From: an uncultured Candidatus Rokubacteria bacterium
GTDB taxonomy: Bacteria; Methylomirabilota; Methylomirabilia; Rokubacteriales; CSP1-6
NCBI GenBank assembly: GCA_963762145.1
Contig: CAVXJS010000011.1
Span: 128,001 to 192,000, forward strand
Length of the DNA stretch: 64,000 nucleotides
Direction: 5' to 3'
Positions 49,064 to 58,944 of this stretch are shown here, piece after piece (the first letter of the stretch is position 1; each line of letters begins with the position of its first letter). Position numbers and translations under genes: made by a program. A model generated the notes under the pieces. The model searched no databases and had not been told where the DNA came from. It saw only the letters and a list, made by a program, of their open reading frames with translations.

Positions 49064-51211
49064 CTAGCCCCCGGTGCGGAGGAAGAAGAAGTCGCCGCCC
49101 TCGTGGCCCGCGTACTTGATGGGGGCGTACTCCGGCACCTGGGGTACCGCCCAGCGCTGCGCCATCGCGTTGACCCGCAGCTGCACCCGCTGGAACACAT
49201 CGCGTCCGAGCAGGACGCCGTCGTTCGTCCGGAGCGTCTCGATGAAGATCTGGGCAAACACGGAGTGGGCGCCTCCGGTGTTGTCGAGCACCGGCTCCAC
49301 CCCGCCGGACGTCAACACCAGTCGCGCCCGCTTGTTGGCGAGATTCTGGACCGCGCGGGCGAGCTCTTCCTCGGTCATCGCCGGCTCGAGGCGACCGGAG
49401 GCCGAGCGGGTCAGGGTCGCCGCGTAACACGAATCGGCCACGACCAGCAGGTGCTTGACCGCCATGAGGTTGAGGATGTCGCTCAGATCGATGTTGGAGA
49501 TCCAGTTCGCGGTGTTGCCGGGCTCGGCATCGGTCGGCAGCCAGTAGCCCCGCTGGTTCTTCTGGTCCAGCTCTCCGTGCCCCGCGTAGTAGATCAGCAG
49601 GTTGTCCTTGTCGGTGAGCCGTTGCCGGAGGTCGTTCAGCTCGGAGAGGATCTGGGTCCGCGTCGCGTTGCGCAGGAGCTTCACCTTGAAGCCGTAGCGA
49701 TCTCGCAGGATGCCGGCGATCACCTCGGCGTCGTTGACCGCGGTCTGGAGACGCTTGAATCCCTTGTACTCGTTGTTCCCGATGACGAGCGCGTGATAGG
49801 TCCCGAGCGTCAGCTGCGGAGCCGGCCGGGCCGGCCGCTCGCCCTCGGCGGCGGGACCGGAGCTCGACACCCGGACCCGGTTGGGGACGATCATCTCGAG
49901 GGTCGCCTTGCGCCGGGACCGGTCCAGCGCGAGGACCGTCACGCGCTCGCCCTCCGTCCCCTTGAGCGGCACCCGCGCCTTGAAGAAGCCGTCGCGGTCG
50001 ACGACCTCCTCGCGATCGTTGATGGTCAGCGACTGCAGGCCCCCCGCGGCCTTGACCTTCCCGGCCAGCAACAGCGTGGGGCCGGCGCCGGCGGTCCGGG
50101 TCGGCTGGACGCGGATGTCGCGCGTCAACGCGACGAGCTGGGGCTCGACGATCTGCACCTGGGTGAGCTCGATCTCGGGGCCCGCCTGCTCGCGCTCCCG
50201 GCGGAGCTGATCGAATCCGGCCCGTTGCGCCGCCGAGTCCGCTTCGGTGCGCGCGAGCTGCTCGCGCAGGCGGAGGATCTCGCGATCCTTCTCGGATTGC
50301 TGGCGGCCGGAGTCCTCCTGGGCGCGCGCCAGGCGGGCCTGGAGGGCGCTCGTCTCGCGCTCCTTGTCGCGGAGCCGGGTTTCCGACTCCCCGATCGCCC
50401 GCTGCAGGTCGTTGAGGCGCGTCATCGCGGCCGCGTCGGTGCCCTGGACGGCGGCGCGCTCGCGGCGGAGTCGGTCCAGCTCGGCGCGCGCCGTCTGGGT
50501 GTCCCCCTGGAGCTGGGCGAGGCTCTTGCGCGCCTCGGCGAGACTCCGCTGGTTCTGATCGAGCTCCGCCTGCTTGGCTTGCAGGTCGGCGCGCAGCGTC
50601 TCGACCTGCGCCTCCAGCCGGCGGACGTCGCTCTGCGACGCGCCGGAGGTATTGACCGCGACGCTCGATGCGCCGGTCGCGCGGCCGTACCATTGCGCCG
50701 CCTGCTTCGGGTCCTTCGGGACGCCGAGCCCGTTCTCGTAGAGCACCCCGAGACTCAGCGCGGCCGGCGCAAAGCCTTGCTCGGCCGCGCGGCGGTACCA
50801 TTGCGCGGCGGCCGCGTAGTCCGGGGCGACGCCCAGCCCCTTCTCGTAGATCTCTCCCACGTAGGTCTGCGACTTGGCGTCGCCTCGCTGCGCTGCGTCC
50901 ATCCAGACCTGCAACGCGGTCTTGTAGTCCGCGCGGTCGTAGGCGACGTACTCGCCGCCTCGGATCTCGCAGTCGCGCGCGGTGGTCTTCTCGCCCCGCC
51001 GCGCGCCCAGATAGGTGACCTGGTTGCCGAGCCGGCGAATCTGCCCGGGCAGGAGGCAATCGACGACCAGGAATGCATCCGCGGCCTGGCCGGGCGTCGC
51101 CGGGCGTGGCTCCGCCGCCTTGGGGGCCGGCGCCGGCGCGCAGCTCAGCGCGACGAGCGACAGCATGGCGACGCCGATCCCGCGAATGGTCAGCGCCACG
51201 CGCGGGCTCAC
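49064..51211 (-). CDS. Lipoprotein with SEL1 repeats, coiled coil and caspase-like peptidase C14 domain
   Basis: Lipobox ALSC; SEL1 (G.IYEKGLGV..DY..AAQWYRRAAEQG); ALVIGNNEY, YYAGHG, ADSC dyad; GGVEPV.D..HSVF. Confidence 0.9.
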   Translation of the reverse strand: MSPRVALTIRGIGVAMLSLVALSCAPAPAPKAAEPRPATPGQAADAFLVVDCLLPGQIRRLGNQVTYLGARRGEKTTARDCEIRGGEYVAYDRADYKTALQVWMDAAQRGDAKSQTYVGEIYEKGLGVAPDYAAAAQWYRRAAEQGFAPAALSLGVLYENGLGVPKDPKQAAQWYGRATGASSVAVNTSGASQSDVRRLEAQVETLRADLQAKQAELDQNQRSLAEARKSLAQLQGDTQTARAELDRLRRERAAVQGTDAAAMTRLNDLQRAIGESETRLRDKERETSALQARLARAQEDSGRQQSEKDREILRLREQLARTEADSAAQRAGFDQLRREREQAGPEIELTQVQIVEPQLVALTRDIRVQPTRTAGAGPTLLLAGKVKAAGGLQSLTINDREEVVDRDGFFKARVPLKGTEGERVTVLALDRSRRKATLEMIVPNRVRVSSSGPAAEGERPARPAPQLTLGTYHALVIGNNEYKGFKRLQTAVNDAEVIAGILRDRYGFKVKLLRNATRTQILSELNDLRQRLTDKDNLLIYYAGHGELDQKNQRGYWLPTDAEPGNTANWISNIDLSDILNLMAVKHLLVVADSCYAATLTRSASGRLEPAMTEEELARAVQNLANKRARLVLTSGGVEPVLDNTGGAHSVFAQIFIETLRTNDGVLLGRDVFQRVQLRVNAMAQRWAVPQVPEYAPIKYAGHEGGDFFFLRTGG

Positions 51212-52239
51212 CGGCTGATCTCCAGCTCGATCATGGCGCGGGCCTGTTCGCGCAGCGGGATCGACTTGGCGGCCACGTTGATGTCGCGGGTGACGCGAGA
51301 CACGCGATCGGTCGTCGAGGGAAACACCGCGCCGGGCGAGGAGAAGTCGGTCGCGAGGAACAGCACCGGCTTGAGGGTCAGCAGGGCGTAGACGAGCTCC
51401 ACGCCGGGAGGGCCCTTCAGCTCGAGCTCGTAGCTATCGGTGGCCTCGGGGATCCGGTACGTGCGTCCCGCCTTGACGCCGTGCCCCCCGGAGAAGCGGT
51501 TGGGATAGAGAATCGTCACTTCCCCGCTCGTCCCGACGTTCACGATGGTGAGGAACGCGTCCCGATTGGACTCGAAGCCGAGGCTCAGTCGCTCGCCGAC
51601 ACGGTACTTCGACTTGTCCGCCCAGAGCCTCACCGTGACGCCATCATCGCCGGCCGCCTTGGGCGCCGACGCGGGCGGGGGAGCGGGCGCGGCCGGGGCG
51701 GCGGGCGTGGGAGCGGCGCCGGCCGCCGACGCCTTCGTATCGACGAAGAAGCCCGTTTCCTTCTGCTCGGGCCCGCCTCCGCGAGTTGCAGGGCCCATCC
51801 GCTCGACCGTGGTCGTCACCGCGTACCATCCTTCGGCCGCGTCCCGGGGCACGTCCACCCGGTACTCGCTCAGGACGTTGCCGCCCGGTCGCGCGATCAC
51901 GCGCTCGATCCGTGCCAGGACGAGGCCGTCGTAGCGAATGATCCGGGTTTCTCGGACCTGGCTGGACTCCGGGACCTCATAGCTCGCCCGGAGCGTGGCC
52001 GCTTCCCCCGGCTGCAGTCGGGGCCGTTGCACCGCGGTCTCGCCGAGGGCCAGCTGCTTGGTGCCAGATCGGGTGGTCACGTTGGTGTCCCGATACTGTC
52101 CGGCTTGCCAGCCCCCTTGGGCGAGGGCGAAACTTTTGCGTAGCAGGACCGCGGGAACGAGGGCCAGGGCCAGCAGGCCGGCGATCACCCCGAATCGGAG
52201 GAGTCGTTCGAACCGGCGGGCGACACGGGGGACGGGCAT
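51208..52239 (-). CDS. Exported DUF4384-domain protein
   Basis: N-terminal hydrophobic helix; YRVGE.L......DAFL.IVNV..SG.VT.LYPN, P.GVE. Confidence 0.8.
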   Translation of the reverse strand: MPVPRVARRFERLLRFGVIAGLLALALVPAVLLRKSFALAQGGWQAGQYRDTNVTTRSGTKQLALGETAVQRPRLQPGEAATLRASYEVPESSQVRETRIIRYDGLVLARIERVIARPGGNVLSEYRVDVPRDAAEGWYAVTTTVERMGPATRGGGPEQKETGFFVDTKASAAGAAPTPAAPAAPAPPPASAPKAAGDDGVTVRLWADKSKYRVGERLSLGFESNRDAFLTIVNVGTSGEVTILYPNRFSGGHGVKAGRTYRIPEATDSYELELKGPPGVELVYALLTLKPVLFLATDFSSPGAVFPSTTDRVSRVTRDINVAAKSIPLREQARAMIELEISR

Positions 52240-52288
52240 CGTCTTCCTCTCGGAAGGGGCTCCCGCAAGCGCAGCCCCAACGCGATTT

Positions 52289-52354
52289 ACACTACGTCGG
52301 CCCGATGCGGGGAGTCAAGCTAGCTTGACTCCCCGTCAGGTGCTCTACTACTCT
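52289..52354. promoter_or_regulatory. Perfect 28-bp palindrome with divergent sigma70-like promoters
   Basis: cggggagtcaagctagcttgactccccg (52308-52335); TTGACT-N18-TACTCT (+) and TTGACT-N18-TAGTGT (-). Confidence 0.7.
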
Positions 52355-52480
52355 GCGGTTTACTAGGCTATCTAGGCTCACCGGAGGGCAGGGGACGCTT
52401 GGGATCGGGTGCTCGTTGCGATTGAAGCGTCGTACTGCCGGCGACTCGCGGCTCGGCGCCGCACCTTCCGCTGAGAGCGC

Positions 52481-55400
52481 ATGATCTATCTCAAGCATGT
52501 CGAGGGAAGCAAGCGCGGCCAGGTCGAGGAGTTCGATCTCGAGCGCATTCGCATCGGACGCCACCCCGACAACGATCTGAAGTTCGATCCCGGTGCGGAC
52601 CGGGAGGTCTCCGGCCACCACGCCGAGATCCTCTGTCAGGGAGAGCAGGTCTCGATCCGCGATCTCCAGAGTCGCAACGGCACCCTGGTCAACGGGCGCC
52701 GGATCAATCAGACGACGGTCCTCCGGCACGGGGACGCCATTCAGTTCGCGCCCACCGGCCCCAAGGTCATCTTCTCGCTGGGCGAAGCCGAGTCGGGCAC
52801 CGGCACGATGGTGATCGATCGCGATCAGGTCGTCGCCGCATCCCGGTCGGCCCCCGAGCCGGCGGCCCCGGCCGCGTCCCGGCCCTCGGCCGCGCCGCGC
52901 CGGAAGACCTTCGTGCTGGCCGGCTTGATCGTGGTGCTCCTGCTGGTGGTCGCGCTCCTCGCCGTCGCCGCTTGGCGCTCGTGGACCCTCTTCTTCGTGC
53001 TCCTGGGTGTGGTCGTGCTCCTGGCCATCGCGGGCGCGGTCACGTGGTGGTGGACGCGGAAGCGTGCCGGGACCGCGGCGTCGCACGCCGACGCGAGCCG
53101 GCGGGCCGGCGACGAGCCCGGTCCCGCGCCGGGCGAAGCGACCGGGGACACGATCCGGGAGCTGCGGGCGAAGTGGAGCCAGGCCCTGGCCCGGCTGCGC
53201 GGCTCCAAGCTCGGGGGGCCGGACGACGACGCGGTGGGGGCGCTGCCGTGGCTCGTGGCGCTCGGCGAGCGCGGATCGGGGAAGAGCGAGCTCATCAGGG
53301 CCGGCAATCCGCCGGCGTCCGTCTCGACGGTCCGGCAGGCGGTCTCGGGGACCCGAACGTGCGACTGGTGGTTCTTCGACGGCGCCGTGATCCTCGACAC
53401 GCCCGGACGGTATGCCTTCCCGGTCGACGCGCGGGGCGACGGGCGTGAGTGGGAGGAATTCCTCTCGCTGCTGCGCGGCGCGCGACCGGTCGACCCCCTC
53501 AACGGCGTCATCGTCACGGTGGCGGCCGACTCCCTCGCGGCCCGGTCGGCCGCGAGCCTCAAGGACGAGGCCACCCAGATACGCCGGCGGCTCGACCACC
53601 TGACCCGGCGGGTGGGAGTGAGACCGCCCATCTATCTGGTCGTGACCAAGATCGACCTGCTGGCCGGCTTCCGGGAGTTCTTCGCCGACGTGCCCGAGGC
53701 GCACCGCAGCCAGGCCATGGGCTGGGTCAGCGAGGACGGGCGTGAGGAAGCCCCGGGGAGCCTCTTCGTCCGGGCGGTCGACACCGTCGCCAGACAGCTC
53801 GATCGCCTGCGCCTCTCCGTCCTGGACCGACGGGACACCGATGCGCAGGTCGGGCGCCGGTTCCTGTTCCCCGAGGAGTTCCGGGCCCTCGCGCGACCCC
53901 TCCATGCCTTCGGCGAGGCCCTGCTTCGCGCCAATCAGTACGATGAGACTCCCTGGTTCCGGGGCGTGTTCTTCACCTCGGCGCCGGGCGACGGGGCGCC
54001 CTCCTCGTACCTGGCCCGGACCCTGGGCCTGGAGGACGGCGTGCCGTCGGCGGGGTCGCGCGCGGCCGGCTCCCTCTTCGTCCGCGATCTGTTCGGCGCG
54101 ATCCTGCCGAAGGACCGCGAGCTGGTGCGGCGCACCGGAGCCACGCGCCATCGCCACCGTGGCGGCCGCCAGAAGGCCCTCTACGCCGTCGGCGCCGGCG
54201 CGGCGGTCCTGTCGCTGTTGCTGACGGTCTCCTTCGTCCGGAACTCGCGGGCTCTCGCCCGCCTCGACGTGAGCCCCTGTCTCGGGTCGGCGGGATCCGC
54301 CGCGGGCGCCACGCTGGGCGGCCGCCTCGAGCGCCTCGACCGGTGTCGGAACACGCTGGCGACGCTCGTACCCCACGGCTTCTGGGCCCGCGCCACGACC
54401 GACTTCTGGCTCCGTCAGGCCGAGCGTCTCGAGGGCCCCATCGCACGCCGGTACGTGGAGGTATTCAAGGTCGAGGTCGAGGGGCCGATCGATGGAGCCG
54501 TCGATCGCGCGCTCGCGCCGGGGCCGAAGGCCCCCGTCGTCGTCGGCGCGGTGCTCCAGCGGATCGCGCTGGTCGGCCGATGCCGGACCGACGGCCGCTG
54601 CCCGACCGACGACGCCGGCGCCTGGCCCAGCTATCGCACGCTCCTCGGCGCCGCGGAGCCCAGGGCCCAGGACAACGAGGAGACCGTGAAGGCCCTCCGG
54701 CGGACTCACGCCGCGTACCTGGAGCTGCACGCCGATCCCGCTGCCCTCGACGAGATGCGCGCCCGCGACGTGGCCCGCGTCAGTCGATGGCTGAGCGCGG
54801 GCGGGTTGCGGACCGAGTGGGTCCTCGCGTCCGCCACCAGTCAGTTCGCGCCGGTGCGCTCGCGAGATTTCTGGGCGTGGGACGGTCCGCTCCAGGTCGA
54901 CGCGCCGTTCACCGGCCGGGCCTGGGGCGAGGCCATCCAACCGCTGACGCAGGGCCTGCGAGCCCTCGCGCCGAACGCGGCCGACGTGCGTGACGCGGTC
55001 GCGCGATTCGAGAACGACTACCGCACCGAGGCACTGCGTCAGTGGGGGCAGTTCCTGATCGGCTTCCCGCAGGAAGAGCGGGTGCTGGGCGGGCGGCGCG
55101 GGTCGCGCGATCTCGCGGTGCGGTCCCTCGAGGCGGAGTCGCCGTATCGACGCGTGCTCGACCAGGCCGCCGCCGATGTCGGCGCGATCGTCGGCCCGGC
55201 TCGCGGCGACGCCGACCTGCCGGCCTGGGCCGGCACGCTGCTGCGCTACGCGGCGCTGCGCAAGATGGCGGCGAGTCCGCCGCCCGCGCCCGGACAGAGG
55301 CCGGCCGACCCGAAGGCGCAGCCCACGGAGGCCGAGCGTCTGGCGATGGGGTACGTCAAGGGATACGGCGAGGCCCTGGATCAGCTCAAGGGCGAGCTGG

Positions 55401-55885
55401 GCGGTCCGGAGAAGGCCTACGCCTCGGTTCAGAAGGTGTTCGACGAGGGAGAGTCGAGCGAGCGGAGCGTGCACCCGGTGCACAAGACCCTCTGGAATCT
55501 GCGCGCCCTCCGCAACCAGATCGGCGCGCGTCAGGGCGACGACCGCATCGTGTGGGATCTGCTCTCCCGGCCGGTCACCCTGGTGTGGCGGACCATGCTC
55601 GGGGAGGCCGCTCAGCAGGTGCAGGGCGTGTGGGAGGCGATGATTCCGGGGCTCACGGGTCTGACCCCGGGCCTCCAGGCCACCCGGATCATCGAGTTCG
55701 CCAACACCGGGCCCGCGGGGCCGCTACTCGAGCGGTCGAGAGATCGGTACGTGGTGCGCCGCTTCCTCGGGGAGGGCGCCCCGCTGTCACCGGGCTTCGT
55801 CGATTTCATCTCGCGCATTCGCACGATGCCGGTCGAGCGCCTGGACAAGATCGACCCGCCACGCCTCATCGTCACATCCTCATGA
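52481..55885 (+). CDS. tssM: FHA domain fused to T6SS membrane subunit TssM/IcmF
   Basis: FHA: IGRHPDND..VSGHHA..DLQSRNGTLVNG. Then 2 TM, LPW..LGERGSGKS, CDWWF, DTPGRY, PLNGVIV, YLVVTKIDLLAGF, RGVFFTS. Confidence 0.9.
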   Translation: MIYLKHVEGSKRGQVEEFDLERIRIGRHPDNDLKFDPGADREVSGHHAEILCQGEQVSIRDLQSRNGTLVNGRRINQTTVLRHGDAIQFAPTGPKVIFSLGEAESGTGTMVIDRDQVVAASRSAPEPAAPAASRPSAAPRRKTFVLAGLIVVLLLVVALLAVAAWRSWTLFFVLLGVVVLLAIAGAVTWWWTRKRAGTAASHADASRRAGDEPGPAPGEATGDTIRELRAKWSQALARLRGSKLGGPDDDAVGALPWLVALGERGSGKSELIRAGNPPASVSTVRQAVSGTRTCDWWFFDGAVILDTPGRYAFPVDARGDGREWEEFLSLLRGARPVDPLNGVIVTVAADSLAARSAASLKDEATQIRRRLDHLTRRVGVRPPIYLVVTKIDLLAGFREFFADVPEAHRSQAMGWVSEDGREEAPGSLFVRAVDTVARQLDRLRLSVLDRRDTDAQVGRRFLFPEEFRALARPLHAFGEALLRANQYDETPWFRGVFFTSAPGDGAPSSYLARTLGLEDGVPSAGSRAAGSLFVRDLFGAILPKDRELVRRTGATRHRHRGGRQKALYAVGAGAAVLSLLLTVSFVRNSRALARLDVSPCLGSAGSAAGATLGGRLERLDRCRNTLATLVPHGFWARATTDFWLRQAERLEGPIARRYVEVFKVEVEGPIDGAVDRALAPGPKAPVVVGAVLQRIALVGRCRTDGRCPTDDAGAWPSYRTLLGAAEPRAQDNEETVKALRRTHAAYLELHADPAALDEMRARDVARVSRWLSAGGLRTEWVLASATSQFAPVRSRDFWAWDGPLQVDAPFTGRAWGEAIQPLTQGLRALAPNAADVRDAVARFENDYRTEALRQWGQFLIGFPQEERVLGGRRGSRDLAVRSLEAESPYRRVLDQAAADVGAIVGPARGDADLPAWAGTLLRYAALRKMAASPPPAPGQRPADPKAQPTEAERLAMGYVKGYGEALDQLKGELGGPEKAYASVQKVFDEGESSERSVHPVHKTLWNLRALRNQIGARQGDDRIVWDLLSRPVTLVWRTMLGEAAQQVQGVWEAMIPGLTGLTPGLQATRIIEFANTGPAGPLLERSRDRYVVRRFLGEGAPLSPGFVDFISRIRTMPVERLDKIDPPRLIVTSS

Positions 55886-55907
55886 AAGGCTTCGAGCGAA
55901 CAACGCC

Positions 55908-57245
55908 ATGACGCAATCGGGCAAGGTCGTATGGGGTGAGGGCATGTTCCTCACGCCCCATCTCTTCCAGCAGGCGGATCGCCATCACGAGCACGTGCTC
56001 GACTTCCGGCTGCGCGCGGTCGTTCCGTTCGGCTGGGGCTTCGTCGAGCTGGAGCTGGACGACGAGGCGGTGACCAACGGCGACATCGCGGTTCGGCGCT
56101 GCGCGGGCGTGCTGCCGGACGGGCTCGTCTTCCAGGTGCCGCAGCCCGACCGCGGCCCGAGCAGCCGCTCGATCAAGTCGCACTTCTCCGTCTCGACCGA
56201 CCGCGTGTCGGTCTACCTGGCGTTGCCGGTGGTCCGCGAGGGGACGAACGTGCGCCTCGACGGCGCGGGAGGCGGGCCGCCCACGCGATACGAGACCGAG
56301 ATGGTCCGGGTCGCGGACGAGACGGCCGAGGACAACGAAGGCGAGATCCCGTTCGCGCGGAAGAACTTCCGGCTGCTCTTCTCCGGCGAGGCGCTCGACG
56401 ACACCGTCTCCATGAAGCTGGGGGAAGTCACCCGGACCGAGTCGGGGGCGTTCCGGCTGTCCGAGTCGTTCGTGCCCGCCTCGCTGACGATCCGCTCGTC
56501 TCCCCGGCTTCTCGCGATGCTGCGCGAGGTGCTGGAGCTGCTGAGCGCCCGGAGCACCTCCCTCGGGTCCCAGCGACGCCATCTCGCCGACTTCTCGCAG
56601 TCCGACATGGCCACGTTCTGGCTCCTGCACACCGTCAACTCCTGGATCCCGCTGCTCGCCCACATCGCGGCGTCTCCCGACCATCATCCCGAGCGGGTGT
56701 ACGTGGCGTTCGCTCAGCTCATCGGCCAGCTCTCGAGCTTCGCCCTCGACAGCGATCCCCGGGACGTGCCGGTGTACGACCACGATCGCCTGGGCGACGT
56801 CTTCAGCGAGCTGGTCCGCCGGATCCGCACCCTCCTCGACACGGTCATCCCGATCCGGTACGTGATCATCCCGCTCGTGCGGACCCGGGACCTCCTGCAC
56901 GTGGGGCGGGTCGAGGACGAGCGGCTGCTCCAGACCGCCCAGTTCTATCTGGGGGCGGACGCCAAGATGCCCGCCGGCCGGCTCGTGGAGGAGCTTCCCG
57001 CCAAGTCCAAGATCAGCTCCCCGGACCACGTCGGCGACCTGATCGGGCGCGCGGTGCCCGGGGTGGAGCTGCTGCACGAGCCGGTCCCGCCGGCCGCGAT
57101 TCCGGTGCGCGCGGGCTTCAAGTACTTCCAGCTGAGCCGGCACGGGCGCGCGTGGGAAGCCATCAACCGGGCCAAGGCGCTGGCGCTGTATCTGCCCGAT
57201 GACTTCCCGGAATTGAAGCTTGAATTAGTCGCTATAAAGTCGTAG
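55908..57245 (+). CDS. tssK: T6SS baseplate subunit TssK
   Basis: VVWGEGMFLTPHLFQQ.DR, WGF, HPE, YDHD. Confidence 0.95.
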   Translation: MTQSGKVVWGEGMFLTPHLFQQADRHHEHVLDFRLRAVVPFGWGFVELELDDEAVTNGDIAVRRCAGVLPDGLVFQVPQPDRGPSSRSIKSHFSVSTDRVSVYLALPVVREGTNVRLDGAGGGPPTRYETEMVRVADETAEDNEGEIPFARKNFRLLFSGEALDDTVSMKLGEVTRTESGAFRLSESFVPASLTIRSSPRLLAMLREVLELLSARSTSLGSQRRHLADFSQSDMATFWLLHTVNSWIPLLAHIAASPDHHPERVYVAFAQLIGQLSSFALDSDPRDVPVYDHDRLGDVFSELVRRIRTLLDTVIPIRYVIIPLVRTRDLLHVGRVEDERLLQTAQFYLGADAKMPAGRLVEELPAKSKISSPDHVGDLIGRAVPGVELLHEPVPPAAIPVRAGFKYFQLSRHGRAWEAINRAKALALYLPDDFPELKLELVAIKS

Positions 57246-57303
57246 GTTAGGCTACCTTGAGCGCGGCACCGAGCGGCTTGCCACAGGCGGGATAGAGGCG
57301 CCG

Positions 57304-58386
57304 ATGTCCTCACCGGAGACCGTCGATTTCGAGTCGCTCCTCGCCCCCATTCCCGGGGACAAGCCGGGGGGAGAGTCCATCCGCTATGCCGGCCCCTACG
57401 ACGCGATCGAGGACGCACGGCGGGCCGACGACGAGCTGACCCAGGGGGACTGGCAGCGCGACACGAAGACGTCGGACTGGCGCCGCGTCGTCGATCTCGC
57501 GGGCGACGCGCTCTGCAAGCGCAGCAAGGATATCCAGGTCGCGGCGTGGATGACCGAGGCGCTCATCCGCCTGCACGGCTTCGCCGGCCTGCGCGACGGC
57601 AGCCGCCTCCTGCGCGAGCTGAGCGAGCGATTCTGGGACCATCTCCATCCCGAGGCGGAGGGGGACGATCTGGAGGGCCGCGCCGGGCCCATCGAATGGA
57701 TGAACCAGCGCCTGCCCGAGGCGGTGCGCTTCGTGGCGATCGCTCAGTCGAGCCAGGGAGACAAGTACGGGTGGTGGCACTGGCAGGAGTCCCGCTCCGT
57801 CGACAACCTCGGCCGGACCAACCCGGAGGCGAAGGCCGCCGCGCTGGCCGAGGGGAAGATCTCGGGCGAGGATTTCGACAAGGCGGTGGGGACGCTCCGG
57901 CGCGTCCACTACGAGCAGGTCTTCGCGGACGTCACGCAGGCGGGCGAGCAGATCCAGGCCTTGATCGCGGAGGTCGATACCCGCTTCGGACGGAACGCGC
58001 CGAGCCTCGTCGCGCTGAAGCAGGCCGCCGAGGACTGCCGCGCGCTCGTCGAGACGATCGTCAAGCGGAAGCGGGAGCTCGAGCCCGACGCGGCGACGAG
58101 CGAGGCCGCGCCGGGCGAGGAAGCGCCCAGCGCGACGGGCCGCCGGGGCGCCGCCCTGGGCGATCGAGCGGCCGCGCTGCAGCAGCTCGCCGAGGTCGCG
58201 GCGTTCTTTCGCCGCACCGAGCCGCACAGCCCCGTGTCCTATCTGGTACAACGAGCCGTGCAGTGGGGGCACATGCCGCTGGAGAACTGGCTCCGTGACG
58301 TCATCAAGGACGAGACCGTCCTGGCCAATCTCCGCGATACGCTGGGTCTGAAGGAAGGGGCTCCGGGGGCGGACAGCGCTCCCTAG
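57304..58386 (+). CDS. tssA: T6SS protein TssA (ImpA family)
   Basis: LLAPI...PGG, SKDIQ, FW..LHP, FFRRTEPHSPVSYL..RA..WG. Confidence 0.95.
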   Translation: MSSPETVDFESLLAPIPGDKPGGESIRYAGPYDAIEDARRADDELTQGDWQRDTKTSDWRRVVDLAGDALCKRSKDIQVAAWMTEALIRLHGFAGLRDGSRLLRELSERFWDHLHPEAEGDDLEGRAGPIEWMNQRLPEAVRFVAIAQSSQGDKYGWWHWQESRSVDNLGRTNPEAKAAALAEGKISGEDFDKAVGTLRRVHYEQVFADVTQAGEQIQALIAEVDTRFGRNAPSLVALKQAAEDCRALVETIVKRKRELEPDAATSEAAPGEEAPSATGRRGAALGDRAAALQQLAEVAAFFRRTEPHSPVSYLVQRAVQWGHMPLENWLRDVIKDETVLANLRDTLGLKEGAPGADSAP

Positions 58387-58414
58387 AGCCTGAGTTCACC
58401 AAGGAGGAGTTGCC

Positions 58415-58944
58415 ATGGCGCGAGAGAGTACACAGCACAAGCTGGACCGTGTAAGGCCGCCGCGGGTGCAGATCACCTACGACGTCGAGACGGGTGACGC
58501 GATCGAGATGAAGGAGCTACCCTTCGTTCTCGGCGTGCTCGCGGACCTGTCCGGGAAGCCCGAGGAGCCCCTGCCACGCCTGAGGGACCGCAAGTTCGTC
58601 GAGATCGACCGCGACAACTTCGACGCGGTGATGCGCGGCATGAAGCCGCGCCTGGCGTTCCGGGTCGACAACAAGCTCAGCGACGACAACACCCAGATGG
58701 CCGTCGAGCTGAAGTTCAACTCGCTCGAGGACTTCGAGCCGGAGCAGGTCGTCCGGCAGGTCGAGCCCCTCCGCAAGCTGCTGGAGACGCGCCAGCAGCT
58801 GCAGGCGCTGCTGGCCAAGATGGACGGCAACGACAAGCTGACGACAAGCTGCAGGAGATCATCAGCAACACCGACATGCTGAAGAAGATCGGCAGCGAGG
58901 TCGGGGCGGGCGAGGACGGGAAGGAGGGCCGGGGCAATGGCTAA
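58415..58944 (+). CDS. tssB: T6SS sheath small subunit, 1-nt deletion near 58840
   Basis: RPPRVQITYDVE, ELPFVLGVLADLSG; shifted frame continues DDKLQEIISN to TAA at 58942-58944. Confidence 0.93.

Noticed and set aside
49064-51211. Caspase as an anti-phage abortive-infection effector
   Set aside because: It has a lipoprotein signal and no adjacent gasdermin, NLR-like or CBASS genes, so a periplasmic role fits better
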